A DNA stretch of 64,000 nt from Octopus sinensis (GCF_006345805.1 NC_043001.1:57288001-57352000), one strand, 5' to 3'. Counted from the stretch's first letter, positions 25,301 to 35,390 are shown. Numbers and translations are program-made. Notes: generated by a model not told the origin, from the sequence alone.

Positions 25301-25497
25301 ATTGAAACGTAAAGACTGATAATGTTATTGCATCAACGTGTAGACGCTGGTTGCTCTCCTTTATACTTTAAATTTAAATCTCTATAATTTTGAATAATTA
25401 TCACATCGTATGTTGAACTTGACAAAGACAGACTCACTGTTGAAATATCGTTCAACCAATAAAATACTTGTTACAATCGAATCGCGCTCTTCGTCTT
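22390..25497 (+). mobile_element. Near full-length Penelope-like element (Neptune-like): RT plus GIY-YIG, frameshifted pseudogene
   Basis: IKMADKVGAIVIMDK, FYGLPKIHK, YHQARGCAMGTPMAVNFANVFM, WFIDD, KPTSSHIYLH..SDHP, KPCSLC, LVYAAECTTCNLIYVG, TEQLHKRFNAHR; AATAAA at 25458. The 5' boundary is uncertain. Confidence 0.92.
25412..25456 (+). ncRNA. Minimal type I hammerhead ribozyme motif, U3-A8 core variant, in the PLE 3' end
   Basis: Stem I GTTGAAC/GTTCAAC, core TTGACAA, extra A, stem II GACAG/CTGTT, then GAAA-TA-TC. Confidence 0.7.
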
Positions 25498-25498
25498 A

Positions 25499-25625
25499 AC
25501 TATTATTATTATTATTATTATTATTATAATTATCATTCTTGTTGTTGTTGTTGTTCTTCTTCTTTTTCCTCTTCTTCTTCTTCTTCTTCTTCTTGTTGTT
25601 ATTATTAATATTATTATTATTATTA

Positions 25626-25676
<51 letters not shown>

Positions 25677-25680
25677 CATC
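25499..25680. repeat. (TAT)n/(TTG)n/(TTC)n compound trinucleotide array
   Basis: Directly visible. Confidence 0.95.
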
Positions 25681-26224
25681 AAATGCCCTGATGCCGTACC
25701 AGGCAGTGATTCTCATGGCTTCTGATCTTAACTGATTGGAAGTGTTATCACGTACATTGTTTTGTTTGTGTATAAAATATAGACTACAGCAAATATTCTG
25801 TTCCATACCACAGAAATGCTTGTCAGTTGCTTGACCTCAACCAGTTGAGTATGTCACTTAGTGGATTACAATATGTGCATCTCTGATCATGCGCAGAAGT
25901 AGTGGGGAGCATCTTAGCCACGTGTTGACAGGAATTCTTGGGGTTCGGATAGTTGACATTTGTAAACAGCTATTTTGTACAACATCCTTAAACAACCCTG
26001 ATTCAGGTACCTTTGTGCTGGATGGGCTACTCGACATGAAAATAATTCCAACTGGGCCCCACCTGCAAGGTCATGCGGTGTTTATCTTGATATGGGATCA
26101 CCATGTCATAACCCATATTGTTATGATACATGTGTCTTATCAGACGGTTAGTCATAATGGGCATACTGGGCTTCGTATATTTTACCCCAGTGTCACTTTG
26201 ATGGCATACATTGCTCTCTCACTC
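25681..26224 (+). mobile_element. Family C element (lacks an internal segment present in the next copy)
   Basis: AAATGCCCTGATG...TGCTCTCTCACTC followed by (AAT)n. Confidence 0.9.
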
Positions 26225-26228
26225 AGTT

Positions 26229-26288
<60 letters not shown>

Positions 26289-26310
26289 TAATAATAATAA
26301 TAATAATAAT

Positions 26311-26868
26311 AAATGCCCTGATGCAGTACCAGGCAGTGGCTCTCATGGCTTCTGATCTTAACTGATTGCAAGTGTTATCATGTACATTGTTTTGTCTTGG
26401 TATAAAAGATGGGCTACAGCAAATATTCTGCTCAATACCACAAATTTGCTTGTCAGTTGTTTGGCCTTAACCAGTTGAGCATGTCCCTTAGAGGCTGACG
26501 ATATGTGCATCTCTGATCACGAGCAGAAGTAGTGGGGGAGCATCATGGCCATGTGTTGAGAGGGATTCTTTGGGGTTTGAATAATTCACCTCTGGAAACA
26601 TAGGTGTTTCGTTCAACATCCTAAAGCAACCCTTATTCAGGGACCTTTTGAGCAGGATGGGCTACTCAACCTGAAGAAAATTCTAACTGGGCTCCACCTG
26701 CAAGGTCATGTGCTGTTTATCTTGATATGAGATCACCATGTCGCGCACATATGGTTGTGATGCATGTGCCTGGTGTACCTTTATCAGACGGGTAGTCATG
26801 ATGGGTATATTGGGCTTCGTATATTTTACCCCAGTGTCACTTTGATGGCATGAACTGCTCTCTCACTC
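26311..26868 (+). mobile_element. Family C element, tandem second copy embedded in (AAT)n
   Basis: Same termini; (AAT)n on both sides. Confidence 0.9.
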
Positions 26869-26900
<32 letters not shown>

Positions 26901-26908
26901 TAATAATA

Positions 26909-26972
<64 letters not shown>

Positions 26973-27024
26973 TAATAATAATAATAACAACAACATCAAC
27001 AGCAACAACAACAATAATGATGAC

Positions 27025-27057
<33 letters not shown>

Positions 27058-27789
27058 AATTCTATCCTTCATTTGATACTAGGATTACGGATATACTTAA
27101 CCATATATGCAGAAATTACAAAAGTTTAAAAAGTATAATGATGTACATGAAAATACATGAGCAGTGAGAAAATTTATAGGGAAAATGAAACATCCAAAAT
27201 TTTAAAATGACCTTAATTTTTCTTGGCCAATGTAAAGATTTTCTTGAGAAATTCGTTCCCCAAACGATAATAGGAATGCGAGAAACTTGACCAGTCGGCA
27301 TTAGGTGGAAACTGATGGGTGTGTGTATAATGGACCTCTAGTTCTATACGAACTTATGATAATATTTCCCGTTTTTGTAAATATTGTTTTGAATAGACAA
27401 TTGCTCCTCGATAGCAGTATCAGCGCCTATATTCATGAAAATAATCCATAGTTCCCTGGTTGAAAATCCTTCAAAATTATACTAGGCAGTGTTTCTCTTC
27501 GGCGATCACATTTTCTCTGAGTAATTCCTCTCCATTTTCAAACCCTACATCTTCATATAATGCCAACATGGAAATTTAGTTGACCTCTTTGACCGAAATT
27601 CCAGATAACAGGCTTCCATTCTTAATCCTCGATTGAACCACAATTGAAGATCCTTTAAATGAACCTGTCATAGGAAAACGTTCCTGACACAAAAATACTG
27701 GCGGTCTACATCGACATAATTACATTATACCGGTGCTCTGCAATGGCATCAGTATACCTTTAGAACATATCGGTTTCAAATTTTGTTTC

Positions 27790-27987
27790 AGAGCCAACAA
27801 TTATGTGGGAGGGGATAAGTCGATTACATCGACCCCGGAGCTCAACTGGTACTTATTTTATCGATCGAAAGAGTGAAAGGAGACGTTGACCTCGGCGGCA
27901 TTTGAACTTAGAACGTAAAGTCGGAAAAAAAATGCCTCTAAGCCTTTTTTCCCCGGGACGGTAACAATTCTGCCATCTCGCTGCCTT
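27790..27987 (-). mobile_element. SINE family A
   Basis: GTCGATTACATCGACCCC..GACCTCGGCGGCATTTGAACT..TTCTGCCATCTCGCTGCC. Confidence 0.85.
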
Positions 27988-28691
27988 ACTTTCAGTCAAT
28001 ATTGATATCATTGCATTAGTTGAAAATTGCAACTTCAATATATTGGTAGCACAAAACGCCACCAATACAACCGTGGTATACAGTGAAAGTATTTTCTTTC
28101 TATTATTAAGAGATATCATAATATTATCGTCATACACTAGCATTGTTATAATGCCGTATATGGTGTCACATTTATATTACTGGTATACGATTGTATTAAT
28201 GGACATAGTGAAGCATGGTACAAGGTTGTTTTTTTTCCGTCTCTCAGCAAACATCAACAATGACAGATTTAGAAATATTGACAGAGGAAAGTAAAAAGAA
28301 CTCAAATTTGAACGAAGCGAGTGGTAATCAATGAAACCAACAACAATGTTTAACTAGCTTAGTATTTTATTAACCTCGGAATAACGGAGGTCAAATGCTG
28401 CGCGGTATCTAGTAACATTTATTATCACTATGATAACATTGTTCTTCAATATTCCAGGTTCGATGAAGCTCAAATAAATCCAGACTTGCACAAATGTCGA
28501 TTAAATTACCAATAAACATTAGTGATAATGACAGAAATCTTTATTAGTGGTATGCGGTGACGAGTTGCAAAATCTCATTTGTGCTGGTCTATATTTATAA
28601 CCCTTTAGTATGACTTCAAATTCTACGAAACCAATATTAACATCAGTCACTCCAAATGTCGTGAGGAATATTATATATATATATATATATA

Positions 28692-29069
28692 TACTTGTAC
28701 TTGTACTTGTGGCGACATTCACCCTGGGCGGGTTGAGTCGGCTTCTTCTATCATGGAAGAAGTTTCGTGGGAATATGTGGATTTCACAAGCAGTCCCCAA
28801 CAATCCCGCATGTAGAGACATCCTGTTTGCCGCAGATTGTCCGCAGACGCAGGGACAGAACGACCGAGGAGCCGCCGGTTGCCGAAACATACACTCCGAG
28901 GATTTTGACCAGAGCCCCGTCTACCGGGTTGTGGTCCTAATACCACTCGGTGTCAGACCAATCCGCCTTGGGTAGCCCTACCAGGAACCGAAGTTCCCGA
29001 CGGCATAGCTCTGACACTACCCGTTGCCAGCGTCACCACCACGGTGAGGAGGGGATGGACTTTGGGGAC
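28692..29069 (-). mobile_element. Short RTE-derived non-autonomous element (5' UTR joined to 3' end with (CAAGTA)n tail)
   Basis: Minus strand reads CACCGTGGTGG..GAGCTATGCCGTCGGG..CCTGGTAGGGCTACCCAAGGC (resembles RTE 5' UTRs) and ends GTCGCCACAAGTACAAGTACAAGTA; GC-rich island between two (TA)n tracts. Confidence 0.55.
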
Positions 29070-29094
29070 ATATATATATATTTAACTAGCTTAG

Positions 29095-29167
<73 letters not shown>

Positions 29168-29173
<6 letters not shown>

Positions 29174-29768
29174 CAATATGGAGCATATAATTCACTGCGA
29201 GAAAATATTTTGCGAAGATATCATTGACTCTAATATTATCTAGTGTAACAAATAAAAATGATAACAACAGAATCAATAATATAGGCGATTGCGGACCCCC
29301 CAAAAAGCATTAAATAGCTGGAAGATTAAAATTATTCCAAGCACATACTAACTATGTCTACCTGCTTGAAATAACAGTCAAAACTCTTGTTTAAATTGCC
29401 AAAATACACTGATAGAAACTACAGAAATCAATCGTCCGAAGGCAAACGGGCTAAGACAATCTCTCAGCATACGTTCAAGTATTTGGACTTACATGGGCCA
29501 GTTTCTGAGCTGGCATAATAGTCTCACCTTTCTCAGCACGCGTTACCATGATAGAGTGACCCAACCCCTCACGTTGAAGCCTGTACTGTAACTGATTCGT
29601 TTTGCGCTGAATCATAGCAGCCACCAGTGTGAACATAATTTCAATACGGAGCAAATATTACATGAGGAAAATAATTCTCGAGGAAAATAATTCACAAGAA
29701 AATAATTTGTGAAGATATCATTGACTCTGTTATTATCTTGTGTAGCAATTTAAAAATGATAATAACAG
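29168..29768. repeat. Diverged ~100-130 bp direct repeat (29168-29270 and 29636-29768)
   Basis: TTCAATA(T/C)GGAGCA..GAAGATATCATTGACTCT..AAAAATGATAA(C/T)AACAG occurs twice. Confidence 0.85.
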
Positions 29769-29928
29769 TTTGCAATGTTTCACCAAAAGAAAGAGAATGA
29801 TAAATGTCATCAAATGTGACTAAAGTTTTATGAAACACCTACATTGCTAGAAATAAGAACTGAATCGCTCTCATGCTGTAGCTGACGCACGTGAATAACA
29901 AAATACTACTAGCAAGGAACAATCGTCC

Positions 29929-30000
29929 CAATCGAGAATTCTCAATACTGACGTCAGTTTTGGTAATTTCCGTGCGTCATCAGATAAGGTCGCTCGATTG
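29929..30000 (-). ncRNA. Degenerate type I hammerhead ribozyme (C3-G8 core intact; G12 and stem II damaged)
   Basis: CAATCGAG..CTTAT CTGATGA CGCA CGGAAA TTACC AAA ACTG ACGT CAGT A TTGAG..CTCGATTG. Confidence 0.6.
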
Positions 30001-30313
30001 TTCGGCTCCTTTCGAACTAGCATCGCCATTAGTATTTATGTTTTCCTCATCCAAAGTATTGCCCTTTCTATGTTTTCATTCAGGTGCGTTAACTACAGTA
30101 TTAGAACAGTTTACCTTCTATTTCTAGCAATGTAGGTTCCCTAACACCTAGTCACATTTAGTGACAATTATAGTTCTCTCTTTTGGTGAAACATTGCAAA
30201 CTGCTGTTTATATCAACTTTATATATACATGTTACCAAATCTCTAAATCATCCAATAATTTGGATGACGATAACATAAATATGAGTGGCGAAGCGAGTCC
30301 GAAAAGAGCCGAA

Positions 30314-30385
30314 CAATCGAGCGGGATTAACTGATGGGCAACGGAAATTGCCGAAACTGTCGTCAGTATTGCAAATTCTCGATCG
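30314..30385 (+). ncRNA. Degenerate type I hammerhead ribozyme (A9 missing; stems II and III and GAAA intact)
   Basis: CAATCGAG..ATTAA CTGATG GGCAA CGGAAA TTGCC GAA ACTG TCGT CAGT A TTGCA..CTCGAT. Confidence 0.6.
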
Positions 30386-30540
30386 GTGGTTTTAGGACGA
30401 TTATGGTCCTTGTTAGTGCATATGTTTTCATTCATGTGCTCTAACTACATCATTAGAGTGGTTTAGCTCCTATTTATAGCTATGTAAGTTTTTCCTAACA
30501 CCCTAGTCACATTTAGTGAGAATTATATATATATATATAT

Positions 30541-30748
30541 TACGGAGATGTACTCGCATAGCAAGTAATTTGATCTGTGATCGTGTGCTGAAACGAAAAC
30601 AATTGCAGCGTGGAAGGTGTTTATAAGCCATTTAAGAAACACACAAAAGCCGTTCGATTCACTTCAACATTTAAGTTTAATTTGTCAAAATATTTTCGTC
30701 GCTAAAATCCGCCACCTGTTCACTGACAAAAATCCGTGCTGCATCTGA
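30541..30748 (-). mobile_element. HHR-bearing short repeat (family P, probable PLE terminal repeat), left arm, abutting (TA)n
   Basis: 30601-30748 is the reverse complement of 31044-31192 with one mismatch. Confidence 0.8.
30681..30730 (-). ncRNA. Hammerhead motif, G3-C8 variant, with a stem II mismatch
   Basis: Inverse copy of 31063-31112; stem II reads GTGGC/GCGAC. Confidence 0.55.
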
Positions 30749-30749
30749 A

Positions 30750-31043
30750 ATTAATTCCACTGTGTTTTATCTGCAACGACAAAACATCAATTGAGTTATC
30801 GTGTTATCAGCTGGTATAGTGTGGATGCACTTTTTCCTGCTGCAACGGAAATTTTGCAAGTGCTTATAAAAATCGCATGGGATTGCAATAGCAAACATTT
30901 TTGATAGGATTGATATGTGGTTGAGCAAAATTTCAAACAAGAATCATGTGGAATCAAATGATTTATATCACATTAAACTCAGAAAAAAAATAGGCGCGGC
31001 TGCGAGGTAAAACTAAAAGCTCAGATGCAGGTAAAACTAAAAG
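30750..31043. other. Templated insertion built from neighbouring sequence
   Basis: 30750-30835 is the inverse of 31228-31313; 30844-31010 is a direct copy of 32168-32334; TAAAACTAAAAG matches 32430-32441; GTAAAACTAAAAGCTCAGATGCAG is tandemly duplicated. Confidence 0.9.
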
Positions 31044-31192
31044 CTCAGATGCAGCACGGATTTTTGTCAGTGAACAGGTCGCGGATTTTAGCGACGAAAA
31101 TATTTTGACAAATTAAACTTAAATGTTGAAGTGAATCGAACGGCTTTTGTGTGTTTCTTAAATGGCTTATAAACACCTTCCACGCTGCAATT
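31044..31192 (+). mobile_element. Family P right arm
   Basis: Inverted copy of 30601-30748, ending in (TA)n. Confidence 0.85.
31063..31112 (+). ncRNA. Apparently intact minimal type I hammerhead ribozyme, G3-C8 core variant
   Basis: Stem I TTTGTCA/TGACAAA, core GTGAACA, extra G, stem II GTCGC/GCGAC, GAA, A-ATAT-T (palindromic loop III), H17=T. Confidence 0.7.
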
Positions 31193-31215
31193 ATATATAT
31201 ATATATATATATATA

Positions 31216-31495
31216 CAGGGTGTTCCCAAAAAGTGCATCCGCACTGTACCAGCTGATAACATGATAACTCAATTGATGTTTTGTCTTTGCAGATAAAACA
31301 CAGTGGAATTAATGATGGCAATCAGACTAAGCTTTGAACAAAGGAAATTCATTCTAAAATGCTACTGGAAGTGTGGAAACGTAGTTGAAGTGCAAAGACA
31401 GTTTAGGAGGGAGTTTCAAACAGATTTACCAAAGTGATTTACCATCTTTCGAATTACAGATAAGTTTGATGCCGATGGAACTGTTCAGAAGCGTT
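31216..31495 (+). mobile_element. 5' end of a Tc1/mariner transposon (DUF4817/rosa-like N-terminus), truncated
   Basis: TA|CAGGGTGTTCCC terminus; from 31315 MAIRLSFEQRKFILKCYWKCGNVVEVQRQFRREFQTD..FRITDKFDADGTV. Confidence 0.8.
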
Positions 31496-31504
31496 CTGCA
31501 AGAA

Positions 31505-31880
31505 TGTTGTTGTTGTTGATGATGAGGATGACGATGATGATGGTGATGATGATGATGATGATGATGTTGATGATGATGATGATGTTGATGATGATGATGA
31601 TGACGATGACAACGACGACGAAAATGATCTTGATTACAAAGACCGTGACAATGACTATAACTATGATGATGCGGGTGATCGTACTGTTAGTAGCTATAAT
31701 GACATCTACGGCGAAGTGTATCAGTATCCAGCTAACGGTAGGAACTATGCATCCATACATTCAACCAACCAATCAACCAACCAGCAAACAAACCAGCCAA
31801 CCAACCAACAACCAGTAAGCTAGCCAGCCAGCCAGCCAGCCAGCCAACCAACCCACCAGCCAACAAGCTAACTAATTAAC
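31505..31880. repeat. (GAT)n array followed by (CAAC)/(CAGC)n array
   Basis: Directly visible. Confidence 0.9.
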
Positions 31881-32313
31881 CAACCGAACAGGTAATCAAG
31901 CTGCAATAATAATCAACTTCTGAAGAGATTACAGAATTCAGACGAAAGGATTCACTTGCACAATTTTATTATTTGTGATAATAGCGGTTTTAATGCGGAG
32001 GGTAATGGTTGAGTGGTTAGTTAAGGTAATGACGAAATGTGAAAATGGAAAACTGCCAAGAGACATCCAAATCCATTTATCGCGTGTTCCAGCGATAGAA
32101 ATGCTAATATTCCGAAGTTTAAATATAATTGAAATACGTGTAATAGTTAATAATTACACTTGCAGGGAACGGAAATTTTGCAAGTGCTTATACAAATCGC
32201 ATGGGATTGCAATAGCAAACATTTTTGATAGGATTGATATGTGGTTGAGTAAAATATCAAACAAGAATCATGTGGAATAAAATGATTTATATCACATTAA
32301 ACTCAGAAAAAAA

Positions 32314-32479
32314 ATAGGCGCGGCCGCGAGGTAAGAAGCTTGGTTCCCACCAAGTGGTTCTGGTTTCAGGCCCACTGCATGATACTTTGGGCAAGTGTAT
32401 TCTACTATATTCTCGGGTCGACCAGAGCCTAAAACTAAAAGAAGTCCGTCGTTGATATATATTATATATATTATATATA

Positions 32480-32527
<48 letters not shown>

Positions 32528-33190
32528 ATTTTAAAATAGGATAAAATCTTTATAAGAATTTATCAAGTAGTTGGCGTGAAAAACCTCATAAGAGAAAAAT
32601 CCCTTAATTTTTCTCTTACATATCATTTATTTATATTGAGGGCATTATTATACATAGATGCAACACGCTAGGAGGGACTCTTAAAATCAAAGACTACCAA
32701 AATAAACACATAGTACCGAGTACCGAATACAAATCTTGAATTATGCTTGCCTTGAGGATTAAAAAGTGCATTTTTGCACTAGTTATGAAATCATGTGATA
32801 TGCAGCTGAATTCTGTTTTTAAAGGGTTCGCTTCGAGAGTTGCACTTGCCCGTAATCGGTACTACGTGTTTATTTATTTTGGTAATTTTTGACTTTAAGA
32901 GTCCCTCCTAGTGTGTGGCATTTATGTATACTAATGCCCTCAATATACATATATATGTATGTGTGTATGTGTGTGTGTGCGTGTGTGCTCTTGGATCTGA
33001 GTTCGTCCTCCGGCACCACTTGGTAACCGGTGTTGGCGTGTTTACGTCCCCGTAACTTAGCAGATCGTCATAAGATATCGATATGTACTACGCTTTAAAA
33101 AATAAGTCCTGGGGGCGATTTGTACGACTAAGCCCTTTAAGGCGGTGCCCCAGTCAAATGACTGAAACAATTTAAAGATAAAATAGAAAA
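32314..33190 (+). mobile_element. SINE family B split at its internal (TA)n by inserted DNA including a MITE
   Basis: Head ATAGGCGCGGC..GGTAAGAAGCTT at 32314; tail TTTACGTCCCCGTAACTTAGC..GACTGAAAC at 33040-33180. Confidence 0.8.
32632..32947. mobile_element. MITE with ~88 bp TIRs in TA context
   Basis: TATATTGAGGGCATTA..AGTACCGA (32632-32720) is inverted at 32857-32947. Confidence 0.9.
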
Positions 33191-34859
33191 GAAGTATAAA
33201 GGCAAGCAAAATTCAAAATGTATATCTTTCAGCTGCAGACGCAAAACATGTGCTTCGTTGTGTGTTTGAACGTGGTATATGATATACAACATGCAGTTGT
33301 CAATCACCTGTGGGTTTGTTTACGGTAAACATAAGACGATGATGTAAACTAGTAGAGAACCCAACATTCTTATGAGGGTACAGCTGAAATTACAGCTAAA
33401 TAATGAGATACTGGAGTCAAGTAGTAAGTTGAACCAGTGTAAGCATAGTAAATAATACTTGTGATGTTCTTATTGTTCAGTGATACACTTGATATGTTGT
33501 ATTTGATATGAAAGAAGACTGCTGTGCGACCTCCCAACTGAACCGCTCGACACGCACTGGTCGTTGGTTAGTCAGAATATTGCTGTGGTGGGTGTTTCAG
33601 AACACTTCTAAACAATGAAAACAAAGAGAATACAAAGGGTATAGATTGGAAGACAACTGCTATGATAGCTATTAATAATACTCATATTAATAACTACTGT
33701 TATTACAATGATGTTATCAATGTGTGTGTCATGGACCAACAAAGAGTCTTGTATCAACGGGCAACTTTTATCACCTGACATGATTCTATATTAGTCAGAT
33801 ATGAGTGGCTGAAAATGGTGAGATTCCTCTTGTAAAGTTTTAGCTCTTAAAACACAAGAGTTATTCCTGATAAACTAAAATATAATTGTCTGTAGGGGCG
33901 ATTGTGTCGGAAGAAAATATCTGACTGGTCACAACAGGCTAAAAAGAAGAACCAGTAACTTTTCCGTGGCATCCTCTCCTACATCATCCATTCACTTCTT
34001 GTATTGTAGTCTTTATCTCTCCCCTTTTTTCTCCCCTTCCCTATCTACCGATATCTTCACCTCATGTATAGTCGTGGGAAATTTAGATGTTTTGGTGAGT
34101 AGTTATCTTATAAGAGAGTGGAAAGATAATTAGTGCCGAAACATTTAGCCACCTAATATATAGCAGCCTTGGTCAGTAAGAACGCCTTATAGAAATCGAC
34201 AGGCTGAATATACCATCGTTTCCTCATGTGGTATTAGTGAAAGCTGTGTTCCCTGTTTCATTAATTCACATTAACCAGGATGTTATGAGTGGATATCTTC
34301 TTACTTTTGTGAACTGTCAATAATTAGATATGTCGCTTAGATAGAATAAAATTGTGAATTTAGAATTCCTTTACACACAGAGACACACACATACACACAC
34401 ACAAATACACATACGTAAAAACACACACAAATTATACTAATTAGTCCATTATATATCTGCTATAAATTTCTCCTGTCTACAAAGACTACCAGCTAAGGAT
34501 GAATTAAGTGAGGAAATGACTGCAGGTTTAGATGTAATATCTATTTTAATTCTCAACTAGATATGCAGTAAAACAAAATAGTATCGGGTTTTATTTCATA
34601 ATGTATTTAAATTTCAACAAAATCCTAACTAGTAGGAATTATATTTCATATTCCATTCATACCAAAATCAAATAAGACAACTGTTCGGATTTCGAATGAA
34701 TAAGAAGGCAAAATATTGTATACAAGAATCACCAAAAAACCGGAGTAATGAATACTGCAACTTAATCCGCAATGCTGGATTTTAAAAATCATAAAATCTA
34801 TAATTACTTTGTAAGTGTAATTTAACAAATCCACCTTGTGCTACACGAAACTTTAAAAT

Positions 34860-35110
34860 TGCACGAAGTTATCTTTTCATGTGCCGGAGTAGAGTCCCAA
34901 TGACACTTTGCGGTTGATTTCAGTTCATCTTACCATCTCGCAATCCGTTACAGCAGGGACAGTCACTTTGATACGCTTGGTGTTCGACAGCATTACGATG
35001 ACGTCAACCGCATATGTCGATACTTGAACACCGATAATTGTACATCTGAAACTTTTTAATTTTCTGCAGTCGTATCTCAAGTGTTTTTGCGTTATTCTTG
35101 CCAGAAAAAG
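34860..35110 (-). mobile_element. L1/Tx1-like RT fragment
   Basis: VSTYAVDVIVMLSNTKRI..EMVR*TEINRKVSLGL..GT* (cf. VSAYADDVTV..GAKINxEKSVGLxLGTW). Confidence 0.65.
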
Positions 35111-35229
35111 CAAGAAGGACTACTTTAAAGAACCGAAAGCGTGTTACTAAATAGTTCCGATAGATGTTCATTCACCTTATCCATGAATAAATATTGTAGT
35201 ACATGATAGTGCTCCAACACCGATAGCGA

Positions 35230-35230
35230 C

Positions 35231-35292
<62 letters not shown>

Positions 35293-35390
35293 CAACAATA
35301 ATGATATTAATAATAATAATGGTAGTAGTAGTAGTAATAATAATAATAGTAGTAATAATAATAATAATAATAGTATTAATAATAATAATA

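Larger units (their letters stand above)
29907..30527. mobile_element. HHR-containing repeat unit arranged X(-) Y(+) spacer X(+) Y(+); probable PLE terminal repeat or retrozyme-like remnant
   Basis: X 29907-30056 is the inverse of 30258-30420; Y 30069-30173 is a direct copy of 30421-30527. Confidence 0.75.

Noticed and set aside
25280-25345. Additional HHR near GTCTTTACG/CGTAAAGAC and CTGATAATG
   Set aside because: A 9-bp inverted repeat is present, but no complete core plus GAAA arrangement could be assembled.
27100-27780. Possible transposase remnant in unique sequence
   Set aside because: No recognisable motif in the frames examined.
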